From a virus (lineage: Duplodnaviria > Caudoviricetes): a stretch of DNA of 56,758 nucleotides. Made by a program: the position numbers and the translations under genes. Shown one piece after another: positions 7,620 through 16,852 of the stretch. The stretch covers positions 1 to 56,758 of the IMG/VR virus record IMGVR_UViG_3300046824_000124, one strand, 5' to 3'. The notes under the pieces were generated by a model, which worked only from the letters and a program-made list of their open reading frames with translations, ran no database searches and was not told where the DNA came from. How positions within the stretch are numbered: position 1 is the first letter of the stretch; every line of letters begins with the position of its first letter.

Positions 7620-8078
7620 ATGGTGGCGATGACTGAGGAGACGCAACAGCGAAGAGATGATCGCTTCCCGACGTACAAGTTCAAACGGCTCATCGTCCTC
7701 GGTGGCTACTATCGCGCCAGCAGTGGGTATGGTGAGGTGGGCGGCGATACGTTCTTCGGCATCCCGTGGGCCGCGCTCGAACGCGCCGAACTCTCTGAGG
7801 TCGCCACCATCATGCTGCGCGTCATCGGGGATCGCGTCCGCCATCATCTGAACGTCAAGCACTTCCCTGTGTGGCTTGCCATGCAGTGCGGCGTGATTGT
7901 GGAGGGCAACGGGTCTGGCTGGCGATATGCATTTCCCGATAAGCCGCGCAAGGTGATGGACGACTATGAGACGGCGCGCATGTTCCATGTGAGCGAATCG
8001 ACGGCGCGTGAGTACCGCGATGAGATGCAGCGCGTCCTCGATAACGAATGGTGCTGGATGATGACGCGGGAGCGTTAG
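7620..8078 (+). CDS. Putative late-gene transcriptional regulator (RinA/ArpU-like position, C-terminal HTH)
   Basis: C-terminal YETARMFHVSESTAREYRD HTH; last early gene before a consensus promoter and the packaging genes. Confidence 0.6.
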   Translation: MVAMTEETQQRRDDRFPTYKFKRLIVLGGYYRASSGYGEVGGDTFFGIPWAALERAELSEVATIMLRVIGDRVRHHLNVKHFPVWLAMQCGVIVEGNGSGWRYAFPDKPRKVMDDYETARMFHVSESTAREYRDEMQRVLDNEWCWMMTRER

Positions 8079-8114
8079 ACTTGACAGAAAAGGTTAGCAC
8101 GGATAGACTTGACA
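8076..8114 (+). promoter_or_regulatory. Putative late promoter with 11-bp direct repeats
   Basis: TTGACA (8081) -17 nt- TAGACT (8104); TAGACTTGACA at 8076-8086 and 8104-8114. Confidence 0.7.
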
Positions 8115-8164
8115 TCAAGATACCGAAACTGTCTCTATCGCGCCGCCATCGGCGCATTTTTCTT

Positions 8165-8220
8165 GCCCGCCCCGCCGTCTCTCCCGCGGCGTCACGCACT
8201 CCCCATGCGTTCGGGCGGGC
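8165..8220 (+). ncRNA. Three-way-junction RNA element in the late leader
   Basis: GCCCGCCC/GGGCGGGC closing stem; inner stems CGCCG/CGGCG and ACGCA/TGCGT; both loops contain CTCCC. Confidence 0.5.
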
Positions 8221-8335
8221 TTCCCTTCGTACTCTGCCGTCCGATGTCATGCTCGCCGCCATACGAACAGCCGATGGCGGTCGGGATCGATTCGTGGCAA
8301 CGGCGGTGTGGGTAACTATTGGGGAGGCGAACGCC

Positions 8336-8449
8336 ATGCTGCTAGTGGCTGTGACCCTCCATCTCTGGTACGTCAAACTGCTCATCGGGCTCGGCATGGC
8401 AGCCTACGGCGTCTGGGCCATCTGGCGTGAGTGGAATCGGTGGAGATGA
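8336..8449 (+). CDS. Small membrane peptide
   Basis: GGGGAGG RBS; hydrophobic 37 aa. Confidence 0.5.
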   Translation: MLLVAVTLHLWYVKLLIGLGMAAYGVWAIWREWNRWR

Positions 8450-8450
8450 G

Positions 8451-8633
8451 ATGGTCACAACCGCGCCTCTGCCAACACCGCGCGTGGACCCGACGCCACG
8501 TGCTGCCCTGCGTGCCGTCCACGAGCAGCGCGTGCATGGGCAGGCGACGGTGAAGGAATGGATCATCGCCAAGCATGGAGACAGGCCACGGGATCTGTGG
8601 CTCAGGATGCTGCTTAGAGTGAGTGACGACTAG
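8451..8633 (+). CDS. Hypothetical protein
   Basis: GGAG RBS, follows the previous ORF. Confidence 0.45.
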   Translation: MVTTAPLPTPRVDPTPRAALRAVHEQRVHGQATVKEWIIAKHGDRPRDLWLRMLLRVSDD

Positions 8634-8808
8634 CGCGATATTCTAGCGCCTCCAGTGTGAGACTGAGGTACGGCGGGATTTCCCGCACGCCCCGCTCCCA
8701 ACGTGAGACGGTCATCACGTCCACGCCGAGCAACATGGCGAGCTTGGCTTGCGACAAGGAGAGCGCCTTGCGGCGCTCCTGAAGTTCCTGTGGTGTGATC
8801 GGTGTCAT
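8614..8808 (-). CDS. XRE-family HTH protein, Aca-like autoregulator of cassette 1
   Basis: ELQERRKALSLSQAKLAMLLGVDVMTVSRWERGVREIPPYLSLTLEAL. Confidence 0.85.
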   Translation of the reverse strand: MTPITPQELQERRKALSLSQAKLAMLLGVDVMTVSRWERGVREIPPYLSLTLEALEYRASRHSL

Positions 8809-8810
8809 CG

Positions 8811-9053
8811 TTATGCCCATCCCGCAGGAGAGTTCTTCTCGCTGGGAACGTCGTCGTACTTCCGGTCTTCGGGCCATTCATACACCGTGTGCATCGCGCT
8901 CTGTACCGCGCCATAGGCGGCGGCCGGGGTGAAGCGGTAGCGGTTCTGAAGTTCGCTCATCGCGGCGTACTCGGCTTCCTTGCGGCTGGTGCCCCGGTCG
9001 TTGCAGCGGTCGATGATCTGGCAGGCCATTTCGTACGGGGTCATCGGGGCCAT
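8811..9053 (-). CDS. Hypothetical small protein, cassette 1
   Basis: GAAGGAG RBS; co-oriented with the HTH gene. Confidence 0.75.
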   Translation of the reverse strand: MAPMTPYEMACQIIDRCNDRGTSRKEAEYAAMSELQNRYRFTPAAAYGAVQSAMHTVYEWPEDRKYDDVPSEKNSPAGWA

Positions 9054-9083
9054 GGTGGTACTCCTTCGCTTCGTGCGTGGTGG

Positions 9084-9302
9084 TTAGCGTGCGCCGAATG
9101 TGCGGGGGGTGCGCGGTACGCTGAGTTCGTGGTCAAGGATGGTCGCGATGGCGTCACGCTTGCTGAATGTCTTATCGATGCTCATCACCCGCCGCGTGCG
9201 TCGTGCCATCGCGATCAGGTCTTCCTTGCTTTGCTTGGCCAGTTGGTCGTAGCGCACGCTCCGCTTCTCCATGATTGCCGCGACCCGTTCCTCGTACGTC
9301 AT
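9084..9302 (-). CDS. Hypothetical small protein, cassette 1 (MTYEERVAAI...)
   Basis: GAAGGAG RBS; first gene after the promoter. Confidence 0.75.
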   Translation of the reverse strand: MTYEERVAAIMEKRSVRYDQLAKQSKEDLIAMARRTRRVMSIDKTFSKRDAIATILDHELSVPRTPRTFGAR

Positions 9303-9345
9303 CGTCTTGCTCCTTCGCTTCGTTGGTCCTATCTCCACTGTCATC

Positions 9346-9380
9346 AGTATAGACCATCGGCCTATAGAAGTCAAGGGGTT
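9346..9380 (-). promoter_or_regulatory. Sigma70-type promoter with palindromic operator, cassette 1
   Basis: TTGACT (9369-9374) -17- TATACT (9346-9351); TATAGACC-atc-GGCCTATA palindrome at 9348-9366. Confidence 0.8.
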
Positions 9381-9395
9381 TATGGGGGCACTATC

Positions 9396-10637
9396 GTGGC
9401 AATCTCGCACCTGAAACACCTCAAGCCCGATACCCGTAATGCACGCCGCCACAATCCGCGCAACATCGGCATGGTGGAGACGAGCCTGCAAACCGATGGC
9501 TTCGGCCGCTCCATCCTCCTCGACCGCGACGGCAATATCCTCGCGGGCAATGGCGTCACTGAGGCCGCGGGAAATGTCGGGCTTGAAGACGTGATTGTCG
9601 TGCCGAGCGATGGTACGAAGGTGATCGCCATCCAGCGCACCGATGTTGAGGCGGGGAGTGAGCGGGCCGTGCGCCTCGCCATCGCGGACAACCGGACACA
9701 GGAACTCAGCGACTTCGATCCTGCCGTGATCGCGGCCCTGAGTGAAGAAGTCGATCTGTCGGACTTCTGGCATGAAGATGAGATGGACGCGCTGCTGGAG
9801 GGGATCACCGAGGATGCGGAGCCTGCTGCCGATCCAGGCGCGCAGATGGATCGCGCCGAGGAACTCAACCAGAAGTGGCAGGTGGCGCGCGGCGACCTGT
9901 GGGAGATCGGCACGCATCGGCTTCTGTGCGGTGATAGCACGGATGCGGGCGATGTGGCGCGGTTGATGGGCAGTGAGCGGGCCGATTTGGTCTTTACCGA
10001 CCCACCGTATGGCGTGTCCTATCAGATGAAGATGACGACTGAGCGAGCGATTGCCTTACACCGCCGCAAGGATCACATGGAGGTGCCGAACGACGATCTG
10101 GGTGATGAAGGAACCCGTGCGTTTATCGCGGCCGCGGTTGCGGTTGCGCCGATGCGACCGGGCACACCGTTCTATCTGTGTTCCCCGCCGGGGAACACAG
10201 AGACTTCATTCCGATTGGCGCTCGCGGATGCCGGCTTGCAACTCAGGCAGTGTATTGTCTGGGCGAAGAACATTTTCGTCATGGGCCGGCAAGATTACCA
10301 TTGGCGGCATGAGTCCATTCTTTATGGATGGAAGGACGGTGCGGCGCACTTCTTCGCGGAAGATCGCACACAAGATACGGTCTGGGAAATCAATCGCCCG
10401 CGCATTTCTGAGGAGCATCCGACGATGAAGCCGGTTGACCTCGTTGCTCGCGCCATCACCAACAGCAGTCGCGGGGGAGACGTCGTCTATGACGGCTTCG
10501 GCGGGAGCGGCACGACGCTGGTAGCGTGCGAACAGGCCGGTCGCCTCGGTCGCATGTTGGAGTTGGAGCCGAAGTATTGCGCCGTGATCCTCGAACGCAT
10601 GGCAGGAATGGGCATCACGCCGCGACGGGTAGATTGA
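9396..10637 (+). CDS. ParB-like N-terminal domain plus N6/N4 DNA methyltransferase
   Basis: LKPDTRNARRH, GFGRSILLD..ILAGNG, LAIADNR; HRLLCGDS, VFTDPPY, HPTMKPVDL, DGFGGSGTT; typical pre-terminase position. Confidence 0.9.
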   Translation: MAISHLKHLKPDTRNARRHNPRNIGMVETSLQTDGFGRSILLDRDGNILAGNGVTEAAGNVGLEDVIVVPSDGTKVIAIQRTDVEAGSERAVRLAIADNRTQELSDFDPAVIAALSEEVDLSDFWHEDEMDALLEGITEDAEPAADPGAQMDRAEELNQKWQVARGDLWEIGTHRLLCGDSTDAGDVARLMGSERADLVFTDPPYGVSYQMKMTTERAIALHRRKDHMEVPNDDLGDEGTRAFIAAAVAVAPMRPGTPFYLCSPPGNTETSFRLALADAGLQLRQCIVWAKNIFVMGRQDYHWRHESILYGWKDGAAHFFAEDRTQDTVWEINRPRISEEHPTMKPVDLVARAITNSSRGGDVVYDGFGGSGTTLVACEQAGRLGRMLELEPKYCAVILERMAGMGITPRRVD

Positions 10638-10656
10638 CTACACATCGGACATTTGT

Positions 10657-11091
10657 ATGAAGCAACGACTGACGAGCCAACGCATCATTGACGCACTCGG
10701 GCATACAAAGGGCATGGTGTCGCTCGCGGCGCGCCGCCTGGGATGCGCACGCAGCACGATTTACGACTGGGCGGAGAAGCACCCCGAGATCAAGGACGCC
10801 ATCGAAGCCGAGCGCGAGACGATGACCGACTTGGCGGAAATCTCACTGTTCAAGCAGGTGCAGGACGGGCAGGGCTGGGCAGTGCAGTTCTATCTTCGCA
10901 CGCAGGGCAAGAACCGCGGCTACGGCGACCAGGTGAACGTGCAGCATAGCGGCGACAAGGATAATCCCATCCGCACCGAGAACCGTACCGAGGTGACGCT
11001 TGTCAATGCCGACGACTTCAACCGCGAGTTCGCGGCTCTCCTCGGTGTCGGCAATGGCACTGGCGACCCTGACGGAGACGCTGCACCGTAA
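10657..11091 (+). CDS. Terminase small subunit (HTH)
   Basis: GMVSLAARRLGCARSTIYDW...DLAEISLFK...AVQFYLRTQGKNRGY; directly upstream of TerL. Confidence 0.8.
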   Translation: MKQRLTSQRIIDALGHTKGMVSLAARRLGCARSTIYDWAEKHPEIKDAIEAERETMTDLAEISLFKQVQDGQGWAVQFYLRTQGKNRGYGDQVNVQHSGDKDNPIRTENRTEVTLVNADDFNREFAALLGVGNGTGDPDGDAAP

Positions 11092-12379
11092 CCGCGCCTT
11101 CATCCCGCACGACCCGACGCTGAAGCAATCGCTCTTCCTCTCGCTCTCCTGCCGCGAGGCGATGTACGGTGGAGCCGCCGGCGGGGGCAAAAGCGATGCC
11201 CTCTTGATGGCGGCCGCGCAGTACGTGGATGTGCCGGGATACGCGGCACTGCTCCTGCGGCGCTCCTACCGCGACCTCGCGCTGCCAGGGGCGCTGATGG
11301 ATCGGGCGCATGCATGGTGGCGCGGTAAGGCGCACTGGAGCAGCGCGGACAAGACGTACACTTTCCCATCGGGCGCGACGATCACCTTCGGCTATCTCGC
11401 CAACGACGCGGACGTGTACGGCTATCAGGGCGCGGAGTTCCAGTTCGTTGGCTTCGATGAGTTGACGCAGTTCACGCCGTGGCAGTACCGCTATCTCTTC
11501 TCGCGTACCCGCCGACTCGCGGAAACGCCGGTGCCAGTGCGCATGCGGGCCGCATCCAATCCGGGCGGCAGCGGGCATGCGTGGGTCTATGAACGCTTCC
11601 TCGCCACCGGCCGCGCGGCGGGCCGCATCTTCGTGCCAGCGAAACTCGCGGACAATCCACATCTTGACGCAGAGACCTATCGCGAATCGCTCGCGGAACT
11701 CGATCCGATCACGCAGCAGCAGTTGCTCGGTGGCGTCTGGATCACGGACGAGAGCGCGCACCCGTACAACCGTGCATGGTGGCGCGGCACGAACCGCTTT
11801 GACGCCGGCGACGAACGCCTCCTCCGGTCCGTAGTGGCGCGCTATATCTCGTGGGATACCGCGTTCAAAGACAAGGACTCGAGCGCCTACACCGCCTGCG
11901 TCGTCGGAGATCTGCTACCGGACTACCGCCTGCTGACGCGCTATGCGTGGCGCGACAAGTTGCAGTTCCCCGACCTTCCTGCCGCCATCGAGCGGATTGC
12001 GCGGGAATGGAACACGGACGGCAAGTTGCGTGGCGTCCTGATCGAAGATCGTGCCTCAGGTACGTCCGCGTATCAGACGCTCAGTGCGACCGCAGATGAT
12101 TGGCTCAAGCGGATCCTCGTGGCGTTCGCGCCATCGGGCAGCAAGGAAGAGCGGGCGCAACAGGCGGCGGTGTGGGGCAAGCTCGGGATGGTGCTGCTGC
12201 CCTCCCCCTCGGATGCCGTGCCGTGGCTGCGGGACTTCGAAGCTGAAGTGTTCGAGTTTCCCGACACGCTGTTCAAAGATCAGACCGATGCGTGGTCGCA
12301 GAAGATCATCTTCCTCGAACATCTCCTGGCGGAAGGCTACCGCGCCCGCACCAAGCCCGCCGCTACTGAAGCCGCGTAG
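11054..12379 (+). CDS. terL: Terminase large subunit
   Basis: YGGAAGGGKS Walker A, FDELTQF Walker B, ASNPGG, nuclease SWDTA...IED...DQTDA. Confidence 0.95.
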   Translation: MALATLTETLHRNRAFIPHDPTLKQSLFLSLSCREAMYGGAAGGGKSDALLMAAAQYVDVPGYAALLLRRSYRDLALPGALMDRAHAWWRGKAHWSSADKTYTFPSGATITFGYLANDADVYGYQGAEFQFVGFDELTQFTPWQYRYLFSRTRRLAETPVPVRMRAASNPGGSGHAWVYERFLATGRAAGRIFVPAKLADNPHLDAETYRESLAELDPITQQQLLGGVWITDESAHPYNRAWWRGTNRFDAGDERLLRSVVARYISWDTAFKDKDSSAYTACVVGDLLPDYRLLTRYAWRDKLQFPDLPAAIERIAREWNTDGKLRGVLIEDRASGTSAYQTLSATADDWLKRILVAFAPSGSKEERAQQAAVWGKLGMVLLPSPSDAVPWLRDFEAEVFEFPDTLFKDQTDAWSQKIIFLEHLLAEGYRARTKPAATEAA

Positions 12380-12387
12380 GAGAGAAC

Positions 12388-13896
12388 ATGCAATCGTTTA
12401 TCTCCCGGCTTTTCCCCGGCAATGCCGCGATGACCGCATCCTTTCAGCCCGTCTTGCAGAACGTAGACAGGCAAGGACGCCTGCTCTATTGGATAATGGA
12501 TGCGTACTACCAGGGTAACGCCGTCTATGACCGCTTGCGCCGCACCGAAGCCAGCGGTGATAACCTCGTGGCGTTGCGCAACCCCGTGCAGCGGGTGGTC
12601 GAGAGTTACGCAACCCATGTCTGGCCGGGGACGCTGCCTGATGCGCTACCCATCGAAGCCCTGAACGAGCGCATCATCGAGCCGATCCAGCAACTGTGGA
12701 CGTGGAGTAACTGGGGGGCACGCAAGCAGGTAGCGATCCGCTGGCTGGCGCTCTACGGTGACTTGTTCATCAAGGTCATTCAGACCGAGGACCGGCAGCG
12801 CGTCTTCTTCCAGTTGATCCGCCCGCACTTCGTCACAGAGATGCAGCGTGATGAGCGCGGCGTGCTGGAATATATCCGCGTCGATGTGCCGCAGGCGATC
12901 CGCCAGGGGGATCGCATCGTCCAGATGACGCACACCGAGGTCTGGACCGGCGAGAGTTACCGCCTGTGGGTGCATGACCGCCATAGCGAGCACGATCAGG
13001 TCAAGCTCGAAGACTTGGGTGCGCCGCAGGTAACTAACGCGCTGACCGACTTTGGCATCGACTTCATCCCCATCGTCCACGTGCCATTCCGCGATACGGG
13101 CGATGTGCGCGGCACGGCGGCGGTGACGCACGCGCTGGACAAGATCGATGAATCCAACCGTGTAGCGACGCGGCTGCACGAGACCTTGTTCCGCCATAAC
13201 AAGCCGACGTGGGTGGTGGGTGCGAACAGCGCGGACAAGGACGGTCGCCCGATGTCCGCGCCACGGTTCGCGGGAGCGGACGGCAAAGTGACGGGCACCG
13301 TGTCCGCGGAGATGCCCGATATTGTCTATCTCAATGGCATGGCATCGCTTGATTCACTGATTCCGAATATCAACTACGCGGCCGCGTTAGACATCCTGAA
13401 CGCCATGCTCACTGACCTCGAAGCGGACCTGCCCGAACTCGCCTTCTACCGTCTGCGGGAGTTGAGTCGCACGGGGACGCTCAGTGGCCGCGCGGTGCGA
13501 CTGCTCCTCTCCGATGCCGTCTCACGCATCCTCGAAGCACGCGGCAACGCCGAGGCGGGGTTGGCGCGTGCGGACATGATGGCACTCACCATCGGCGCCA
13601 ACGCGGGGCTGTTTCCGAACATCGGCGCCTATGACAACGGCGACTTTGACCATACGTTCAAAGACCGCCCGGTGATTCCGCTGTCAGACATTGAGGAAGC
13701 CGAGGGTGTGGCGGCACTGGACGGTATCGTCAGTGTCCAGGAGCAATTGCGGCTGCTGTCCTATACGCCGGAGCAGATCGATCAAATCATGGCGGAGCGG
13801 AAAGCGGAACAACCACCACCACCGATTCCCGCGCTCCCCACGGCGGCACCGACCCCGCAGGCGATTGCGCGCAGTAACAACGTCGCCAGTTCGTAG
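12388..13896 (+). CDS. Portal protein (SPP1 gp6-like)
   Basis: 502 aa directly after TerL; YGDLFIKV, FIPIVHVP, SGRAVRL. Confidence 0.85.
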   Translation: MQSFISRLFPGNAAMTASFQPVLQNVDRQGRLLYWIMDAYYQGNAVYDRLRRTEASGDNLVALRNPVQRVVESYATHVWPGTLPDALPIEALNERIIEPIQQLWTWSNWGARKQVAIRWLALYGDLFIKVIQTEDRQRVFFQLIRPHFVTEMQRDERGVLEYIRVDVPQAIRQGDRIVQMTHTEVWTGESYRLWVHDRHSEHDQVKLEDLGAPQVTNALTDFGIDFIPIVHVPFRDTGDVRGTAAVTHALDKIDESNRVATRLHETLFRHNKPTWVVGANSADKDGRPMSAPRFAGADGKVTGTVSAEMPDIVYLNGMASLDSLIPNINYAAALDILNAMLTDLEADLPELAFYRLRELSRTGTLSGRAVRLLLSDAVSRILEARGNAEAGLARADMMALTIGANAGLFPNIGAYDNGDFDHTFKDRPVIPLSDIEEAEGVAALDGIVSVQEQLRLLSYTPEQIDQIMAERKAEQPPPPIPALPTAAPTPQAIARSNNVASS

Positions 13897-13908
13897 AAAG
13901 GGACGGCC

Positions 13909-14295
13909 ATGAGCGCATCGGTGCCGCAGCACAACTACGAGGAAGTGGATCTTGCACCGGCGCTGACGACCGTCACCGTGACGATCACGAACGGCACGTC
14001 GCTCTCCGCAGCCGTTGACATCGGCAACGCGGGTATCGTGCGCGTCCTCATGCCCGCGACGTGGACGGCTGCAGTGCTGACGGCGCAGGTATCGCAGGAT
14101 AACGCGACCTTCTACGACCTCTATAACGCCGATGGCACCGAGTGGAGTGCCACCGTCGCCGCGAATCACGCGGTCGTGATGGATGTCACGGTGTGGACGG
14201 GCATGCGCTACGTCAAACTGCGTAGTGGCACGGGTGGCGCGGCGGTCAACCAGGGCGGAGATCGCATCCTGACGCTCGTGACTCGGGCGCTCTGA
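13909..14295 (+). CDS. Virion-associated beta-rich protein
   Basis: TITNGTSLSAAVD...MPATWTAAVLTAQVSQD jelly-roll-like pattern. Confidence 0.7.
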   Translation: MSASVPQHNYEEVDLAPALTTVTVTITNGTSLSAAVDIGNAGIVRVLMPATWTAAVLTAQVSQDNATFYDLYNADGTEWSATVAANHAVVMDVTVWTGMRYVKLRSGTGGAAVNQGGDRILTLVTRAL

Positions 14296-14296
14296 G

Positions 14297-15655
14297 ATGA
14301 GCCGCGTCTACCTCCTGCGCCGCAAGAATAAGGTCTGGGCGCTCGGTTCGGCCACCGCCGCGCAGATGAACACCACCGTCACGAACAACATGGGCCCGGA
14401 CGGCGTGACGTGGGCAAACGCCCCCGCGGTCGTGGACGGTCGCGGGAATGTGATCGTTTCGACCGAAGACAATAGCCAGAATCACCGCTTTACGTATCTG
14501 AACATCTCTGGCTCAACATGGGCAGACTCCACGCTCAGTGAGGGATTCCTGACCCGTGGCGCGATGTGGCTCGATGACACGAACCATCTCCTGCATGTCC
14601 TGTGGACGGCGACCATTGCCAACGGCGGCGTCGTCTATCGCCGCTATCAGGTGCAGTACACGGGCAACAACATCACGGACATCGTGAGCGATAACGGCAT
14701 CACCATCGGCGGCTCGTCCACGCGCACAAACGTCGTACTGGATGATGGCGCGGGCCTGACCGTCGTCGAGCATCCCGTCCTGATCGGACTACCGGACATC
14801 AATGCGATGCTAGCGGTCTGGGGCGCGGGCGCGACGACCAAAGGCGAAGTCCGCGCCGCGATGCTGACGTTCAATACCATCAACGACGGCAAGACGCTCG
14901 CCAACTGGGTCGCGCCGGTATCGAGCAGCACGACGACGCTCGGTGCGAACACGACGCCGGCGACGGGCAGTTACAGTGCCCTTGCCGCGACGACGACGAT
15001 CACAAGCGGGAATGTGCCCTATCTCGGCATCACGCGACAGGCGAACAAGAACCTGTTTCTCGTCTACTGGGATGGCGCGGCGTACAAGTGGCTGCGCGTG
15101 ACATGGAACGCAGGATCGAGCAACTGGTCGGGCGGACTCGGCACCGCGACGACAATCTATAACGTCACACGGTCGGGGTCGGACACGGGCTATAACCTCA
15201 AGTTCCAACTGATCTCCGCGCCTTCTGAGGACGCGGCGGGCACGATGTATGTCGGTCTGGCGTCGTGGAATGGCAATACGAACGGTGATACGTGGGGCGG
15301 TGCGCGGGTAGACTCCTCCGGCACGCTGACGACATTCGATATTCACGCATGGAGCGGATCGTCGGCGGGTGGATCACCGTCGCTCTATCCGACCGGCGAT
15401 CTCGCCATTGACACGACGAGCGGGCTGCTGGTCGCGACGTACATCACGCAGACGCAGGTGATCGCGCAACTCTACAACCGGACGACGCTCGCCACGCAGG
15501 GCAGCGCGGACGTGCTGCTGACGCGCGTGTTCGATATCCCGCTCATTCTGCGCACCCGCCCGAGCGCGGGCAACCTCCTCATCTACGGGCGCGATGCGGT
15601 GAACACGCCGACGCCGCCCTATCACGGGTACGCAATCACGGTGCCGATACAGTAA
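14297..15655 (+). CDS. Virion-associated beta-rich (possible beta-propeller) protein
   Basis: 452 aa, Thr/Gly/Trp rich, repeated LHVLW/LFLVYW/MYVG strand motifs. Confidence 0.65.
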   Translation: MSRVYLLRRKNKVWALGSATAAQMNTTVTNNMGPDGVTWANAPAVVDGRGNVIVSTEDNSQNHRFTYLNISGSTWADSTLSEGFLTRGAMWLDDTNHLLHVLWTATIANGGVVYRRYQVQYTGNNITDIVSDNGITIGGSSTRTNVVLDDGAGLTVVEHPVLIGLPDINAMLAVWGAGATTKGEVRAAMLTFNTINDGKTLANWVAPVSSSTTTLGANTTPATGSYSALAATTTITSGNVPYLGITRQANKNLFLVYWDGAAYKWLRVTWNAGSSNWSGGLGTATTIYNVTRSGSDTGYNLKFQLISAPSEDAAGTMYVGLASWNGNTNGDTWGGARVDSSGTLTTFDIHAWSGSSAGGSPSLYPTGDLAIDTTSGLLVATYITQTQVIAQLYNRTTLATQGSADVLLTRVFDIPLILRTRPSAGNLLIYGRDAVNTPTPPYHGYAITVPIQ

Positions 15656-15666
15656 GGAGAACACCC

Positions 15667-16230
15667 ATGTCACACCCCGATGGCGCGGTCGGCGCAGAGA
15701 GCGCCGTGGTCGTGAAGGAGTACCACCCGACGAAGGAAGGCGTGCGTGAGGGCGACCACGGCCGCTGGCGTGCCGATGTGCGCGTGGACAAGTACCTGGG
15801 CGATGATCGCACGCTCCACCCCAATCCCTACGATACGGTGGTGGTTGAGGACTGCAACCTCATCGTCACCAACGGCGCGAACATCATGCTCAACGCACTG
15901 ATCGTCGCGGCGAGCCCACTCTGGAACGCCACCAATGCCCGCATCGGCGTCGGTGACTCCGCAACGGCGGCTACCGCAGCCGATACTGACCTCAACGCCG
16001 CAACGAACAAACTGCGCGTCGTGGTCAACAGCATCCCGACCGTGACGACCAACGTGTTGACGGCGGTGGCGACGTTCACCACGGGTCAGGCGAACTGGGT
16101 CTGGAATGAATGGGGGCTGTTCAACGCGGCCAGCGGTGCCACGAGCATGCTGAACCACGCCGTAACGAACCTGGGTACGAAGACTTCCGCGAGTGCCTGG
16201 ACGATCACCGTGACCATCACTATCACGTAG
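15667..16230 (+). CDS. Virion structural protein
   Basis: NLIVTNG...IGVGD..TAATAADTDL...ATFTTGQAN..WNEWGLFN...KTS pattern typical of virion fiber-base proteins. Confidence 0.75.
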   Translation: MSHPDGAVGAESAVVVKEYHPTKEGVREGDHGRWRADVRVDKYLGDDRTLHPNPYDTVVVEDCNLIVTNGANIMLNALIVAASPLWNATNARIGVGDSATAATAADTDLNAATNKLRVVVNSIPTVTTNVLTAVATFTTGQANWVWNEWGLFNAASGATSMLNHAVTNLGTKTSASAWTITVTITIT

Positions 16231-16238
16231 GGGTGACG

Positions 16239-16472
16239 ATGAACGCCATCAGCAACCGCGATCCCGGCGACGAACACGCCGATCCCATCAACTGCGATCT
16301 CCACATCTACATCTATCCCGACCTCCCCAAGTACCAGCACGACGGTCGCACCCACCAATACGCCTGTACCAGTGACCGCTACGACCATACCCACATCTAC
16401 GCCCACGGCGATGCCGGGGATGGAGGGGATCGCGATGGACTTGAGCGCCCTACGCACAGAGATCACGAATGA
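16239..16472 (+). CDS. Small His-rich hypothetical protein
   Basis: AGGGG RBS; motif YACTSDRYDHTHIYAHGD is similar to the C-terminus of 1998-2276. Confidence 0.5.
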   Translation: MNAISNRDPGDEHADPINCDLHIYIYPDLPKYQHDGRTHQYACTSDRYDHTHIYAHGDAGDGGDRDGLERPTHRDHE

Positions 16473-16836
16473 TCCAGCGGGCCTCGGCTACGCGGGCAAG
16501 ACGGATGCTCAGGTAGCGACCCTGATGAACGCGGTCAACCAGACGGCGAACCGCGATACGGTCAACGCCGATCAACTCATCCGCGCCATCCTGCCCGCCG
16601 ACTTCGCCGCCCTGACGCAGATTCAGTTGTCGCGCCTCTCGATCATCCTCAGCGCGGAGCCGTTCGGGGTGAACGATCCGAACATCAAGCAGATGATCGC
16701 GGACCTCTTCGCGGGCAAGACGCAGACGCTGCAAGCATTGCAAGCGTTGCAGACCTACCAGACGAGCAGGGCATTGCTCCTGTTCGGGGAGCCGGTGACG
16801 ACGGGCGACGTGCAGCGGGCGCGGGCACTGACGTAG
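16435..16836 (+). CDS. Virion-associated protein (LRTEITNDPAGLGY motif)
   Basis: GGAGGGG RBS; clean ORF in the late operon. Confidence 0.75.
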   Translation: MDLSALRTEITNDPAGLGYAGKTDAQVATLMNAVNQTANRDTVNADQLIRAILPADFAALTQIQLSRLSIILSAEPFGVNDPNIKQMIADLFAGKTQTLQALQALQTYQTSRALLLFGEPVTTGDVQRARALT

Positions 16837-16852
16837 GGACGGGAGAGCGACG

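Noticed and set aside
8802-9395. 198-aa N-terminal extension of the ParB-methyltransferase in the ORF track
   Set aside because: It is the antisense shadow of cassette 1; the ParB-like domain starts at GTG 9396 after a GGGGG RBS
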